Position numbers and translations under genes: made by a program. DNA of 64,000 nt from the human T2T-CHM13v2.0 reference genome, Homo sapiens. The stretch lies in the NCBI RefSeq assembly GCF_009914755.1, contig NC_060926.1, one strand, 5' to 3'. A model generated the notes under the pieces. It worked only from the letters and a program-made list of their open reading frames with translations, did not search any database and was not told where the DNA came from. Below are positions 27,726 to 42,589 of this stretch, in pieces. Within the stretch, counting starts at the first letter, position 1; each line of letters opens with the position of its first letter.

Positions 27726-28286
27726 TGTTACTGAAACTGAGACTTCTGAGACTTCAGTACCCCAACATTTTTAGTGGCTGAAATAATGAAAATTTTGGTT
27801 AGGCTCTTGCTTGCTTGCACAAAGGCCAACATCCCTTGTTATAAACTCCTGTTGTACTGTCTTTTTGATAAGTAGGAGGAGATAACTTAAGGGTCACATA
27901 GTATTTTTGCAGAAGGAACGAATGCCTTTAAGAACATTGCAGCCAGCTACTGATGCTGGTGGCTCAAGGTGTTATCTGAATTGGAAAAGTGGCTCAAGGT
28001 GTTATCTGGTGGCTCAAGGTGTTATCTGAATTGGAAAAGGTGGCTCAGGGTGTTATCTGGTGGCTCAAGGTGTTATCTGAGTTGGAAAAGGACAGACTTT
28101 TCCCCCAGGGATCCCTAAAACTCCCCTTTTTACTGGCTAGCTTCTTTTCGTTAAGATGGATTTAAGGGATCTTGCTCTCCTGCTTTGGCAAAATTGAATA
28201 AACCTTTATCTTCAGGTATTGGTGTGTCAGTGTTTAGTATTAGCTGTGTGTTTGATACACGAGCCTATATTTTGGGTTCTTCAACA
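27726..28286 (+). mobile_element. 5' LTR of the ERV1 provirus
   Basis: TG...CA ends (tgttact...ttcaaca); AATAAA 28197-28202; homologous to 36557-37093 (16 mismatches in a 94-nt block counted by eye). Confidence 0.85.
27958..28091 (+). repeat. Higher-order tandem array: 5 copies of (g)gtggctcaaggtgttatct, alternate copies followed by ga(a/g)ttggaaaa
   Basis: Direct reading: units start at 27958, 27989, 28008, 28039, 28059; single copy in the 3' LTR (~36817-36850). Confidence 0.95.
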
Positions 28287-28290
28287 GTTC

Positions 28291-28308
28291 TGGTGACCAT
28301 GGTAGGAT
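28291..28308 (+). promoter_or_regulatory. Degenerate primer-binding site (tRNA-Ser or tRNA-Arg-like)
   Basis: tggtgaccatggtaggat 4 nt after the LTR end; 4-5 mismatches to either tRNA complement. Confidence 0.6.
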
Positions 28309-28692
28309 ATTGTCCTCATAGGTGAATAGCACCAGCAGGATCTGAGCACACAGGGCATCCCTGCTGCTGTTCTGGAGTTTTGCCCGGGAAACACTTCTCA
28401 TCACTTCCCTTCTTGCTGGTGCCAACAACCTTCAGGACAACAATCACTTGGAGTGGAGATACGTGCCAGACTTCAGTCTGCTTTCAGTTTTGCCTCTGCT
28501 GGGTGAGTTGCTTTGACATGCACAGCTGTGATTCTCTGTCTCTCCATTTGCATTTTGTTAGTTGTTGAAAAGAGGGACCCTTATTTGGGAGAGTTGAGGA
28601 AATTGTTGGACTCCACCCTTTTGTCCTGCAGGAATTTTATTTTATTCTTTGTGTAAACGTGTGTATTTATTTTGTATGCAAGTGTGCAACTA

Positions 28693-31600
28693 AGGGAACT
28701 AATTTGATTCCCAAATGCAGCCCTTTGGATTACATTCTCCAGAACTGCATTGCTTTTAGTTGGGAACCAACGAAGCATAAAAAAATATTTTCTTTTATAA
28801 TACAGTCTTGCCACAATATTCCCTAGGTTCAGGTAAGACTCAACTGGTCCATAAGTTTTATGGGGATGCTCACACTAACAGTACAGGAAAAGACATCTTC
28901 ATCAGATCAGCACAATGCGTAACTTACTCACTAATCACAGGAACTCCTCTGGCTTACGTGTTTGAGCTATGGGAAAGTTCAAAGGCATGCCAGGTCTTCT
29001 ACAACTCCAGGTGGTTACATATTATGGCCCATGCTTGTGCACATATTAAGTAGGTAGGCAAATTATAGCAAAAGAAAATTCAGAACTCAAATGGTCAACT
29101 TGCAACTGTAGTGTTAAACTGTAGAGTCTTCTAAATCTCCCTGTTTCTCTCTTTTATTTTTCTGCCTGCTTCGAATCTGCTGTTACTGGCTACTGGTATT
29201 GAGATAAAACTCACTATTTTCTGATACTGCTAACTGCTAATTCAAGACTACTTGGAGATTCTGTTTCTCTTATACAGTTCTCCCCAAAATGAAAGATTGA
29301 AACTCATTTGAAACTGAAGGGAAAAAAAAGGGTAAAATAGGTTTCTAAAATCAACCTGTCATGGAAACGGTTTTGCCTAAATTTTTGTCTCACAGCCTTC
29401 ATTTGATTATCTGTGAGGGCAAATAAAGTTTAGCCATATGAACAGGTTCTAATTTCATCAGAAATTATTTGGATCTAGCGAATTTTTGTAAACTGGGGAT
29501 ACTGTGCTGCTATCTCATGGCTAGAGTCCTGAGGAAAAAGCTATTGGATCCTTGTTTATATGTGTGTGAATATATGTTTACATGTTTTCATGTGTATGTA
29601 CATATATTGTCCTATATATTGTGTCTATATGGTACCACATTGGTTTATTATTAAAGGAGTGTTCATAAATTAAATAAGCCACATTGCTTTCCAATTAAAT
29701 GTTGGATAAATAGGCTAATTTTTAAGTTGTTGGTGAGATAAACATGGACCATCAATGGATCTCTTAACTATGTTATTATGTGATTTAGAACCATTTCATA
29801 ATAGGAAAAGAAAATGAAATAAAATTCCATATATGCAGCTTTTATGTTACTGCTTCAGAATGAGTCCACACAGAGAATGTTCAATTTGATGGTGCAAGGG
29901 GTGAGAAACTCAAGTCAAAAATATTAGAATCTCAAATACTAGATGAGGAGAATAATGTCTTGATCAATGTTTTGAACCCTCCTGCCATGCCAATGAACCA
30001 CCACTGGGGCCAGATCACCCTCTCAGTTGATGCCAATTCAATTTGCACCTGAACCACTACCTCCTTTTCCAGTAGACCCAGATTTGATATGGGGGATGGG
30101 GTGCAGAATGGGACAAGCTCCCCTGATGGAAGAAAGTCAGGAAGTAAGGATATAATCTCACCATTCTGTACTTGACAGGGTATCCAATTTGGCCTGAGGG
30201 CTGGGACTCCTCGGGCAGGGCAGTTTCCACTTTGCCAATTCCCACATGGAGGGCTAAATTCCAATGGACAGCCTATAGGTATGATGTGGACACAGTGCCC
30301 ATTCCCCACATGGATTTATTTAATTGAAAAAAATAATAAACTTTTTTATTGGCATGACCCTAGATTCATGGCCAAGTTGTGTTTCCTTCACCTTTTTGAC
30401 ATATTACCCTACCTGAGCTGATAGGCTTTAATGAATGTTTTGCTCGTGGCTGTAGGACACCATATGGTTATTGAAAAAGCAAGAGCAGAAGTCCATTGGC
30501 TTTATCCTGAGGGTGGGAACAACTGCCCTGAATCTTCTGATGCTATTCCTATGGTTGAACCAAGTTGGGATGTGAACAATGGGGACCTGTACTTATCGGG
30601 GGAACCTGCCCCCAATCTTTCAGTGTAGGTTCTTTCTATTTTCCCTAAGTGTCAGCCAGTCTGAGAAATAAAGAGAAAGAGTACAAAGAGAGGAATTTTA
30701 CAGCTGTGCCACCGGGGGTGACATCACATATCGGTAGGTCTGTGATTCCCACCTGAGCCGCAAAACCAGCAAGTTTTTATTAAGGATTTCAAAAGGGGAG
30801 GGGGTGTACGAACAGGGGGTAGGTCACATGCTTTAAGGGGCAAAAGGCAGAGCAAAGATCACATGCTTCTGAGGAAATAGGGCAAGGACAAAATCAGAAC
30901 TCCTGATAAGGGTCTATGTTCAGTGGTGCATGTATTGTCTTGATAAACATCTCAACAGAAAACAGGGTTCGAGAGCAGAGAACCGGTCTGACCTCAAATT
31001 TACCAGGGCTGGGGGTTCCCGATCCTAGTAAGCCTGAGTGTACTGCAGGAGACCAGGACGTATCTCAGTCCTTATCTCAACCGCACAGGACAGACACTCC
31101 CAGAGCGACCGTTTATAGACCTCCCCCCAGGAATGCAATTCTTTTCCTAGGGTCTTAATATTATATTCCTTGCTAGGAAAAGAATTTAGCAATATCTCTC
31201 CTACTTGCATGTCTGTTTATAGGCTCTCTACAAGAAGAAAAATATGGCTCTTTTTGCCCGACCCCACAGGCAGTCAGACCTTTTGTTGTCTTCCCTTGTT
31301 CCCTAAAATCACTGTTATTCTGTTCATTTTCAAGGTGCATTGATTTCATATTGTTCAAACACACATGTTTTACAATCAATCTGTACAATTAATGCAATCA
31401 TCACAGGGTCCTGAGGTCCTCAGCTTACGAAGACAACAGGATTAAGAGGTAAAAGTAAGACAGGCATAAGAAATTATAAGAGTATTATTAGAGAAGTGAT
31501 AAATGTCCATGAAAACTTCACAATTTATGTTCAGACATTGCAGTAAAGACAGGCATAAGAAATTATAAAAGTATTAATTTTGGGAACAGATAAATGTCCA

Positions 31601-32250
31601 TGAAATCTTCACAATTTATGTTCCTCTGCCACAGCTCCAGCTGGTCCGTCCGTTCGGGGTCCCTGACTTCCCACAACACATACTGGCTTAAGCATTATAT
31701 TAATTGTATTCTGGAAAGATTAAGGAAAGGACTCCTACAATTGAAAAGCCTCAGTAAGTTCAGGAGGTTGAGCAACAATCCCAGGAGAGCACCTCTCAGT
31801 TTTTAGAATAATTATGTATATAGAAAATAAACTGATGCCAATATCAAGGCCTCTGAGGGTCAGAGAATAACTGTCAGCTTAAGTTCCCCAGATATCAAAA
31901 GGAAGTTACAGAAGGTAGATGACATCCTTGAGCTGTCAATCTCGTATTTGGTGGAGCTTGTTTCTAAGGTTTACAACAATAAAGGTGAAGTGAAAGGAAA
32001 AGAAAGGTGAAGTAATAGCACTCTACTGCTGAGCTGATAGGAAGATAGGAAAGAGGTTAAAAGAAGGATGATGGAAGGTAAGAGGAACGCCCCCTCCTTG
32101 AGGAAAGAATCAATGTTTATATTGCAAAGAAGAAGGACATTGTACAAAGGATTATCCCAAATTGGTGAAGGAAAAAAGAAAAGTAAGATTCCCTCAGCCC
32201 GGATGGCAGAAGTGAAGGAGAGAGATACAGCTGAAGAAAGAAGAGGCCCC
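28693..32250 (+). pseudogene. gag: Decayed ERV gag (MA 28693-28835 and 29740-29860, CA ~30220-31980 split by MER11, NC zinc knuckle ~32110-32160)
   Basis: Translations IPKCSPLDYILQN..NTVLPQYSL, TWTINGSLNY, GQFPLCQFP, AIPMVEPSWDVN, LKHYINCILERLRKG, NQCLYCKEEGHCTKDYP (degenerate CCHC); stops and frameshifts. Confidence 0.85.
30594..31678 (-). mobile_element. MER11 (HERV-K11/HML-8) solo LTR, ~1085 bp, MER11B/C-like
   Basis: Ends match MER11 termini (tatcgggggaacctgccc ... ttcggggtccctgacttcccacaaca); 6-bp TSD tgtact/catact; internal ~88-bp duplication at 31458-31623. Confidence 0.93.
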
Positions 32251-32299
32251 AGGGCTCCATTAGATCTGAAGCGATCAGTGTCATATCCACACAAGAGCT

Positions 32300-32566
32300 C
32301 TTGTAATTGAGAGTAGGAAACAAACTGATTGACTTTCTTATTAATACAGGGGCCACATCATTTGTAGTTAACACCCACTTGTTCCCTGATTCAAAAGAGA
32401 CTATGGTGGTTACAAGAATGTCAGGGGAACTGTGACTTGCCCCTTCCTGCAATCTTTAGATTGTCATCTCTGAGAAACAAGCCTAAAGCATAGTTTTTTA
32501 TTTATGCCTGAATGTTCTGTTCTCCTTCTGGGTTGAGATTTACTTGCTCCACTAAATGTTCAGATT
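32300..32566 (+). pseudogene. pro: ERV aspartic protease remnant
   Basis: VGNKLIDFLINTGATSFVVN (DTG>NTG) and FMPECSVLLLG*DLL (cf. PECPxPLLGRDLL). Confidence 0.85.
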
Positions 32567-34520
<1,954 letters not shown>

Positions 34521-34599
34521 CTACAAACTTGAACAGGAAAAGAAAAGCCTTGGCTACGGGAGCGTCTTGGGTTGCTGTTTCAAGCCAGGTCTACTGACA

Positions 34600-36420
<1,821 letters not shown>

Positions 36421-36556
36421 TGCAGGGTACTTGCCCAGCACCTGTGAATATTTTCAAATTCAGGTGGATAGGTTATGTTTATCAATTTCCCTCATCTTTA
36501 CCCCTTATCAGCAGGAATTAGCCAGAAAAAAATGACACCCTTTTTTCTACATTAAT

Positions 36557-37093
36557 GAGTAATAGATAAAGACAGGCCCCTTGAGCTTTCAGCACCCCAA
36601 CATTTTTTGTGACAGAAATAATAAAAATTCTGATCGGGCCCTTGCCTGCTTGCACAAAAGCCAACATCTCCTGTTACCATAATATAATTATAAACTGCTG
36701 ATGTATTGTTTCTTTGTCAAGGAGGAGAAAAAAGTTCAGAGTTACAAAATGTTTTTTCTGAAGGAATGAATGCATTTATAGACATTGCAAACGGCTGCTC
36801 ACTCTCAGAAGTCTAGTTGCTCAAGGTGTTATCTGAGATTGAAGAAGCACAGACTTCTTCCCTCAGTTCCTTGAAACTTCCCCTCCTTACTCTCTAACCA
36901 TATAAAAACTTTCTGTTTTTGTTGTTGCTGTTTGTTTGTTTGTTTTTAAGGTGGATTTCAGGGAGCTTACTCTTCTGCCTTCACGCTTTGGTTAAATTAA
37001 ATAAACTTTTCTGTATCTCCAAGCAACAGTGTGTCATTGTGTGCCATTAGTTATGCATTGGGTACACAGTTCTGAATTTAGTGTTCTACAATA
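36557..37093 (+). mobile_element. 3' LTR of the ERV1 provirus
   Basis: Homology to the 5' LTR; TATAAAA 36901-36907, AATAAA 37000-37005; ends approximate. Confidence 0.82.
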
Positions 37094-37119
37094 ACACTTT
37101 AAACAAATTCTGATAGATA

Positions 37120-37262
37120 ATAGAGAGAGGTAGAGAAGAAAAGAAAGGAAGAAAGAAAGGGAGAAAGGAAGGAAGCAAGGAAGAAGGAAGGCAAGAAGGA
37201 AGGAAGGAAGGGAGGAAGGAAGGGAGGCAGGGAGGGAGGGAGGAAGAGAGAGAGGGAGAGAG
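37120..37262. repeat. Purine-rich (AAGG/GGAA/GGGA)n low-complexity tract
   Basis: Almost pure G/A tract. Confidence 0.9.
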
Positions 37263-37350
37263 ATATTAAGTGCCCCTATGGTTCTGTGCTGCTCTGAGAC
37301 TGCAAACTTCTAGTGAAGCATGTATCCAGGTAAGTAAATTTGAGTTTGTC

Positions 37351-37678
37351 TTTTTTTTTTTTTTTTTTTTTTTTTTTGAGATGGAGTCTCTCTCTGTCGC
37401 CCAGGCTGGAGTGCAGTGGCGCGATCTCGGCTCACTGGCAAGCTCTGCCTTCTGGGTTCACGCCGTTCTCCTGCCTCAGCCTCCTGAATAGCTGGGACTA
37501 CAGGTGCCCGCCACCACGCCCAGCTAATTTTTTGCATTTTTTTTTTTTTTTTTTTTTTTAGCACAGACAGGGTTTCACCGTGTTAGCCGGGGTGGTCTCT
37601 TATCTCCTGACCTCATGATCCGCCCGCCTCGGCCTCCCAGAGTGCTGGGATTACAGGCCTGAGCCACCGCGCCCGGCC
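37351..37678 (-). mobile_element. AluY, CpG-rich, long tail and expanded middle A-tract
   Basis: AluY diagnostics 'caagctc', 'gggttcacgcc', 'accgtgttagcc'; T27 tail and T23 mid-tract; TSD aatttgagtt at 37337-37346 and 37679-37688. Confidence 0.95.
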
Positions 37679-38888
37679 AATTTGAGTTAGATTTCTATGG
37701 GAACTTTACCTTTCAGAAATCAGGACTAAGGGTCTAGATTCAGGAATTCTATAAAAAGAGGTAGGGCCCTATTTCAGACACAGAAGCAATATTCCAAAAT
37801 ATTGAAAAAGATCTTAAAATGGTGCACAGGCAAACAAAAGAAAATAAAACATTTAGGTACATATCATCTCCACCCTAAACTTCAAATATCAGGAACTCTA
37901 CAATTAAATATCTGCTCCAAAAATATTACATTTTTTGTTCCAGCAAGAAACATTTTCTGTTTCACAGAGTGTATTTAATTCTAACAATTAGAGATTTTGT
38001 AAAATAGTCTTCGTGGGAAAGTACTGAAAGCATTAACATGTGGTCTGGATATAGGCAGATCATCAACAATTGGACACAGAGATACAGCTAGCATTCGCCT
38101 CCATAATCATGTAAACATGAGTTTGGGCTAGGGTTGAGACCTGATTTCTACTCTTCTACTACCTTGACACAGTTGATAAATGACAGCTTAGAACACCAGA
38201 AATTGTAAATTTGTAAGTATTGGCATGAAGCCCTGAAAAGAATAATTTTAAATCTCCTCTAGATTCATCAGGAAAGACTTCTGGGATACACTGGCGATGT
38301 CTGCCATGGGAAGCTGAGTGGTTAAGGAGGACATAAGAAATAGGCTGTGCATGGAGGTTGATCTGGCAGCGAAATAAAACACAGCATGAAAAGATAGGAC
38401 ATAGGAAATTTCAAAGAGTTGTCTGGTGATGACTCAGTATATCCCTTATCTGTGTACTTCATTAAATATTTATATAACGCATTCTGAGATTTCCTGTTTT
38501 ATTTTATTGTCCTCTGATCTAGTTTATTCTCTTTCATTTCATTTTAAAATGCTGGTAATGTCCTACAAAAATAATTTTATAATGTACTCTTCAGTTGTAA
38601 CTTGCAAGTGGAAAAAACTGCTACTTATTTGTCAACCCAGTTGGAGTGGCAAATGTAAAATGCAGCTACTCAGGGTTGATCCAGACTGTTGTCTCTAATC
38701 TGCTTAGGTAGACCATAGCCAGCTCTGTGCCATTTTTATAGGTAAAGATTCTGGCACAGACTTCCAATACAATGTATTTTTTTCATGTGATTTAATTAGT
38801 AAAAATAAAGGTCATTAAATGAGAATTTCACCTATGAACATCATAATTGAAATTCATCCAGCTGACAGATGAACACATAGATCTGTTT

Positions 38889-39215
38889 GTTTTTTTGTTT
38901 TTTGTTTTCTTTTTTTTTTTTTTTGAGATGGAGTCTCGTTCTGTTGCCCAGGCTGGAGTGCGGTGGCGCGATCTCAGCTCACTGCAAGCTCCTCCTCCCA
39001 GGTTCCTGCCATTCTCCTGCCTCAGCCTCCTGAATAGCTGGGGACTACAGGCACCCGCCACCACGCCCGGCTAATTTTGTTTTGTTTTTGAATTTTTAGT
39101 AGAGATGGGGTTTCACCGTGTTAGCCAGGATGGTCTCGATCTCCTGATCTTGTGATCTGCCCACCTTGGCCTCCCAAAGTGCTGGGATTACAGGTGTGAG
39201 CCACCACACCTGGCC
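38889..39215 (-). mobile_element. AluY
   Basis: 'actgcaagctc', 'gccattctcc', 'accgtgttagccaggatggtctcgatctcc'; TSD a(g/a)atctgttt. Confidence 0.93.
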
Positions 39216-41044
39216 AAATCTGTTTTTTAAAAAACAAAAATATGTAAAGAAAGCAAGGCAGGGGAATAAATTACTGTAGTGAGATAGAAAAATCAAAAAA
39301 CATGTTTCAGAATATGAATTCAGGGTAACTAAACAAAGAAGAATTAGTAGAAGAAATAGAAAAGGCATATAGGTTTTGGATTTATTCAGGTTTCAGTTTT
39401 ATTCAAGTATCTGGAATATCCTAGCTGTGAGATTTGCAGTTTAATGTTAACATTCTCTCTCTTTTTTTATTTATCTTGAGCACTCAATACATGTCAATTA
39501 TCTTCCTTTTCCACAAATCTAAGGAATTTTGCATCATCATTACCTAAATAAAACAGTTGATCAATTTAAAAAAAGATATTATTTTAGGTCACCAGATTCA
39601 CCATTGCTGTACCCAGTCTTTCACGGGATTCTTTATCCATCTATGTTGTATCTTTCTTGTGGTGTAGAGTTACAACAGTTACATTATTCTAAAAGTGGCT
39701 TGAGTAAAAATAAAACTAGCCCGTTTATTCATTTATCTATAAAAAAATCTGTACTTAATTTGTTAATGAAGGGTACGATTATTCTTAAAATTCATGCTGT
39801 CGTATTAGACTTCCAGCAGGCATACAGGCCAATGTGAGAAAAAAAACCATAATTTGAAAAGTAGAAAAAAATGAAATATGATAAAGACACCTACTATTTT
39901 TTGGAGTATTCTATATCAAGTATATAGCCACTAAGCTAAATGGATGGATTTAGAGAGAACAACTTCTATTTTAACAGAACTTTGGTCTTAGATGTAGGAT
40001 GAGAAAGCATCAAAAACTGAACTGGAAACATTTACATGTACAGTGTCAGCAAGTGTTCATGATATTCACCAAGAAAGTTGGGATTAACAGACTAAATTTC
40101 ACTTGGTCAGAGCATATTTGTAAACCTTTAAAATCCCAATGAAGACACGTTCAAACAAGGAAATTGCAAAAATAAATTCTCATCTATAGGTAGGCAAAAA
40201 ATAAAATATGATCTTCAATTAACTCAGGCACTCTGTAGGTGAAGATCTGCAGTATTGCACTCCAGCCAAAATTTCAAGCTAGTAAAAATCATTGTTAAAG
40301 AAGATTTTATATGTAGCTTCTTTTTTTTTTTAAATGTGAGTAAGGGAGACATAATAAGCTTGTATACTAATGGTATTACAAGAGTTGGAGGTAGGATAAA
40401 ATAATGTTGGGTCAGTTATTTCTTAGTGCTTACAAAATGGGTAAAAGTTTATGTAAATAAAATGGCTTGCCTTGCCTAGATTATACAGTAGGTTTGTGCC
40501 ACCTGGAAATAAATGCCTGTACTCTAAACTTTGCTTGAAACTGGATTCTACATGGTGTTTGATCTGGCAATAAAATAACACGCAAGCAGGAAAGACATGA
40601 AATCGTAATTTCTATTTCTTCAGTGAAATCTCAGCACATCTCTCATTTACAGACATGATGTGATCTATTCTTCCTCCCTCTATAACATTATGTCTGAGCC
40701 ACTCAAAAAATGCAGCAAATGCTATCCTATATTATTGGAATGTTTTTCATTTTTATCCTTTATCCATTCACTCAACAATCCACTAAAACGTAATCAGTAT
40801 GTGCCAGAAACCAAACTTATCTTCAAAAAGGAGTAGATGATGAGATGTAAAATCTGGCACTCAGAAAAGGTGGTCCAGGTTGAATATATTGATATAAAAT
40901 ATTTTTACTGAGACTATAATATCCTTAAAGGTAGGATTATGTTTTATTAATTAGATGTTCCATATAATGAATCCTATCATTTGAATAACACTATTAGAAA
41001 CACTGTCATTCCATTTAAAATTGAAGACATGCATATATATCCCT

Positions 41045-41660
<616 letters not shown>

Positions 41661-41689
41661 CGATATTGTACTAAAATGTCTCTTCTATT

Positions 41690-42580
41690 TGCATACCAAG
41701 GGATGTTTATAACAGTGCTGAAAATAATTATAGCCTTAGTAACAAAATTGGTCATACATACCAGAATGAACAAAGTATGGTATATTCATAAAATTTTTCA
41801 CTCTGTGTCAGAGAAAATACATGAATTACAGCTATATGTATCAATAGGTTTCAGAAATAATTTTGAGAAAATATCAGGTCACAGTGATATACAAATAATA
41901 TGTTTCTATTTATGTAAATTTTTATTGTGAGTAAAACCAACTAATATATTCTTCGGTAAAGAAACACCTATGGTAAACAAAATGAGCAAGAAGCATGAAG
42001 TATGAAAAGTGATGAATACAAAATTCAGGATATTGGTTATTTCGGGTTTAAAGACTGTTACAACAATACAGGAGTACATGATACCTCAAAGATACCAATA
42101 ATATTCTATTTTCTAAGTAGATTGATAAGAAACATGATACTTGTGCTAGTCTCTACTGTGTATCTACCATACAATGTTATAACAAATCAATTTATAAATT
42201 AATTTAATGAAAGATTTAGGATTTTAAAAATATCCTTAGAATTCTATGAGAAATTTTATGCTAATAATTTAGTTATATGTATATAGACAAATTCCTTTTA
42301 AAACATAACTTGGAAAAAATATAAAGAAGAAATAGAAAATATGATAGCTCTGCTACTACTAAAGGAGTTGAGTGAGTAGTACACACACACTTTTCTTGGA
42401 AGTTCTTCAAAACTTCAAAGGAGGTATAATTCTTAAATTATAGAATATATGTAACAAAGATAACAGAGTAAAAGATTCCCCCAAAAAAGTAGCCTATATT
42501 TTGAAAAGCATGTCAAAACATACAGAGAATGTTTTACAAGTAATTCTAAGGAAAACATAGGTCAAGAAATTGAATATCAC
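41690..42580 (+). mobile_element. Old L1M/L1ME fragments
   Basis: 3' motifs ('atgaattacagctatatgtatcaa') and an ORF2 piece ('ttttatgctaataatttag..atagacaaattcctt'). Confidence 0.5.
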
Positions 42581-42589
42581 TAGCTTTGA

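Noticed and set aside
27958-28091. Repeat-spacer-like pattern resembling a CRISPR array
   Set aside because: The intervening sequences are themselves repeated rather than unique, there are no cas genes, and the context is a eukaryotic LTR; it is a tandem duplication
28832-29738. The gag insert as a true spliceosomal intron
   Set aside because: The donor is good, but there is no convincing acceptor and splicing at the nearest AG does not restore the gag frame
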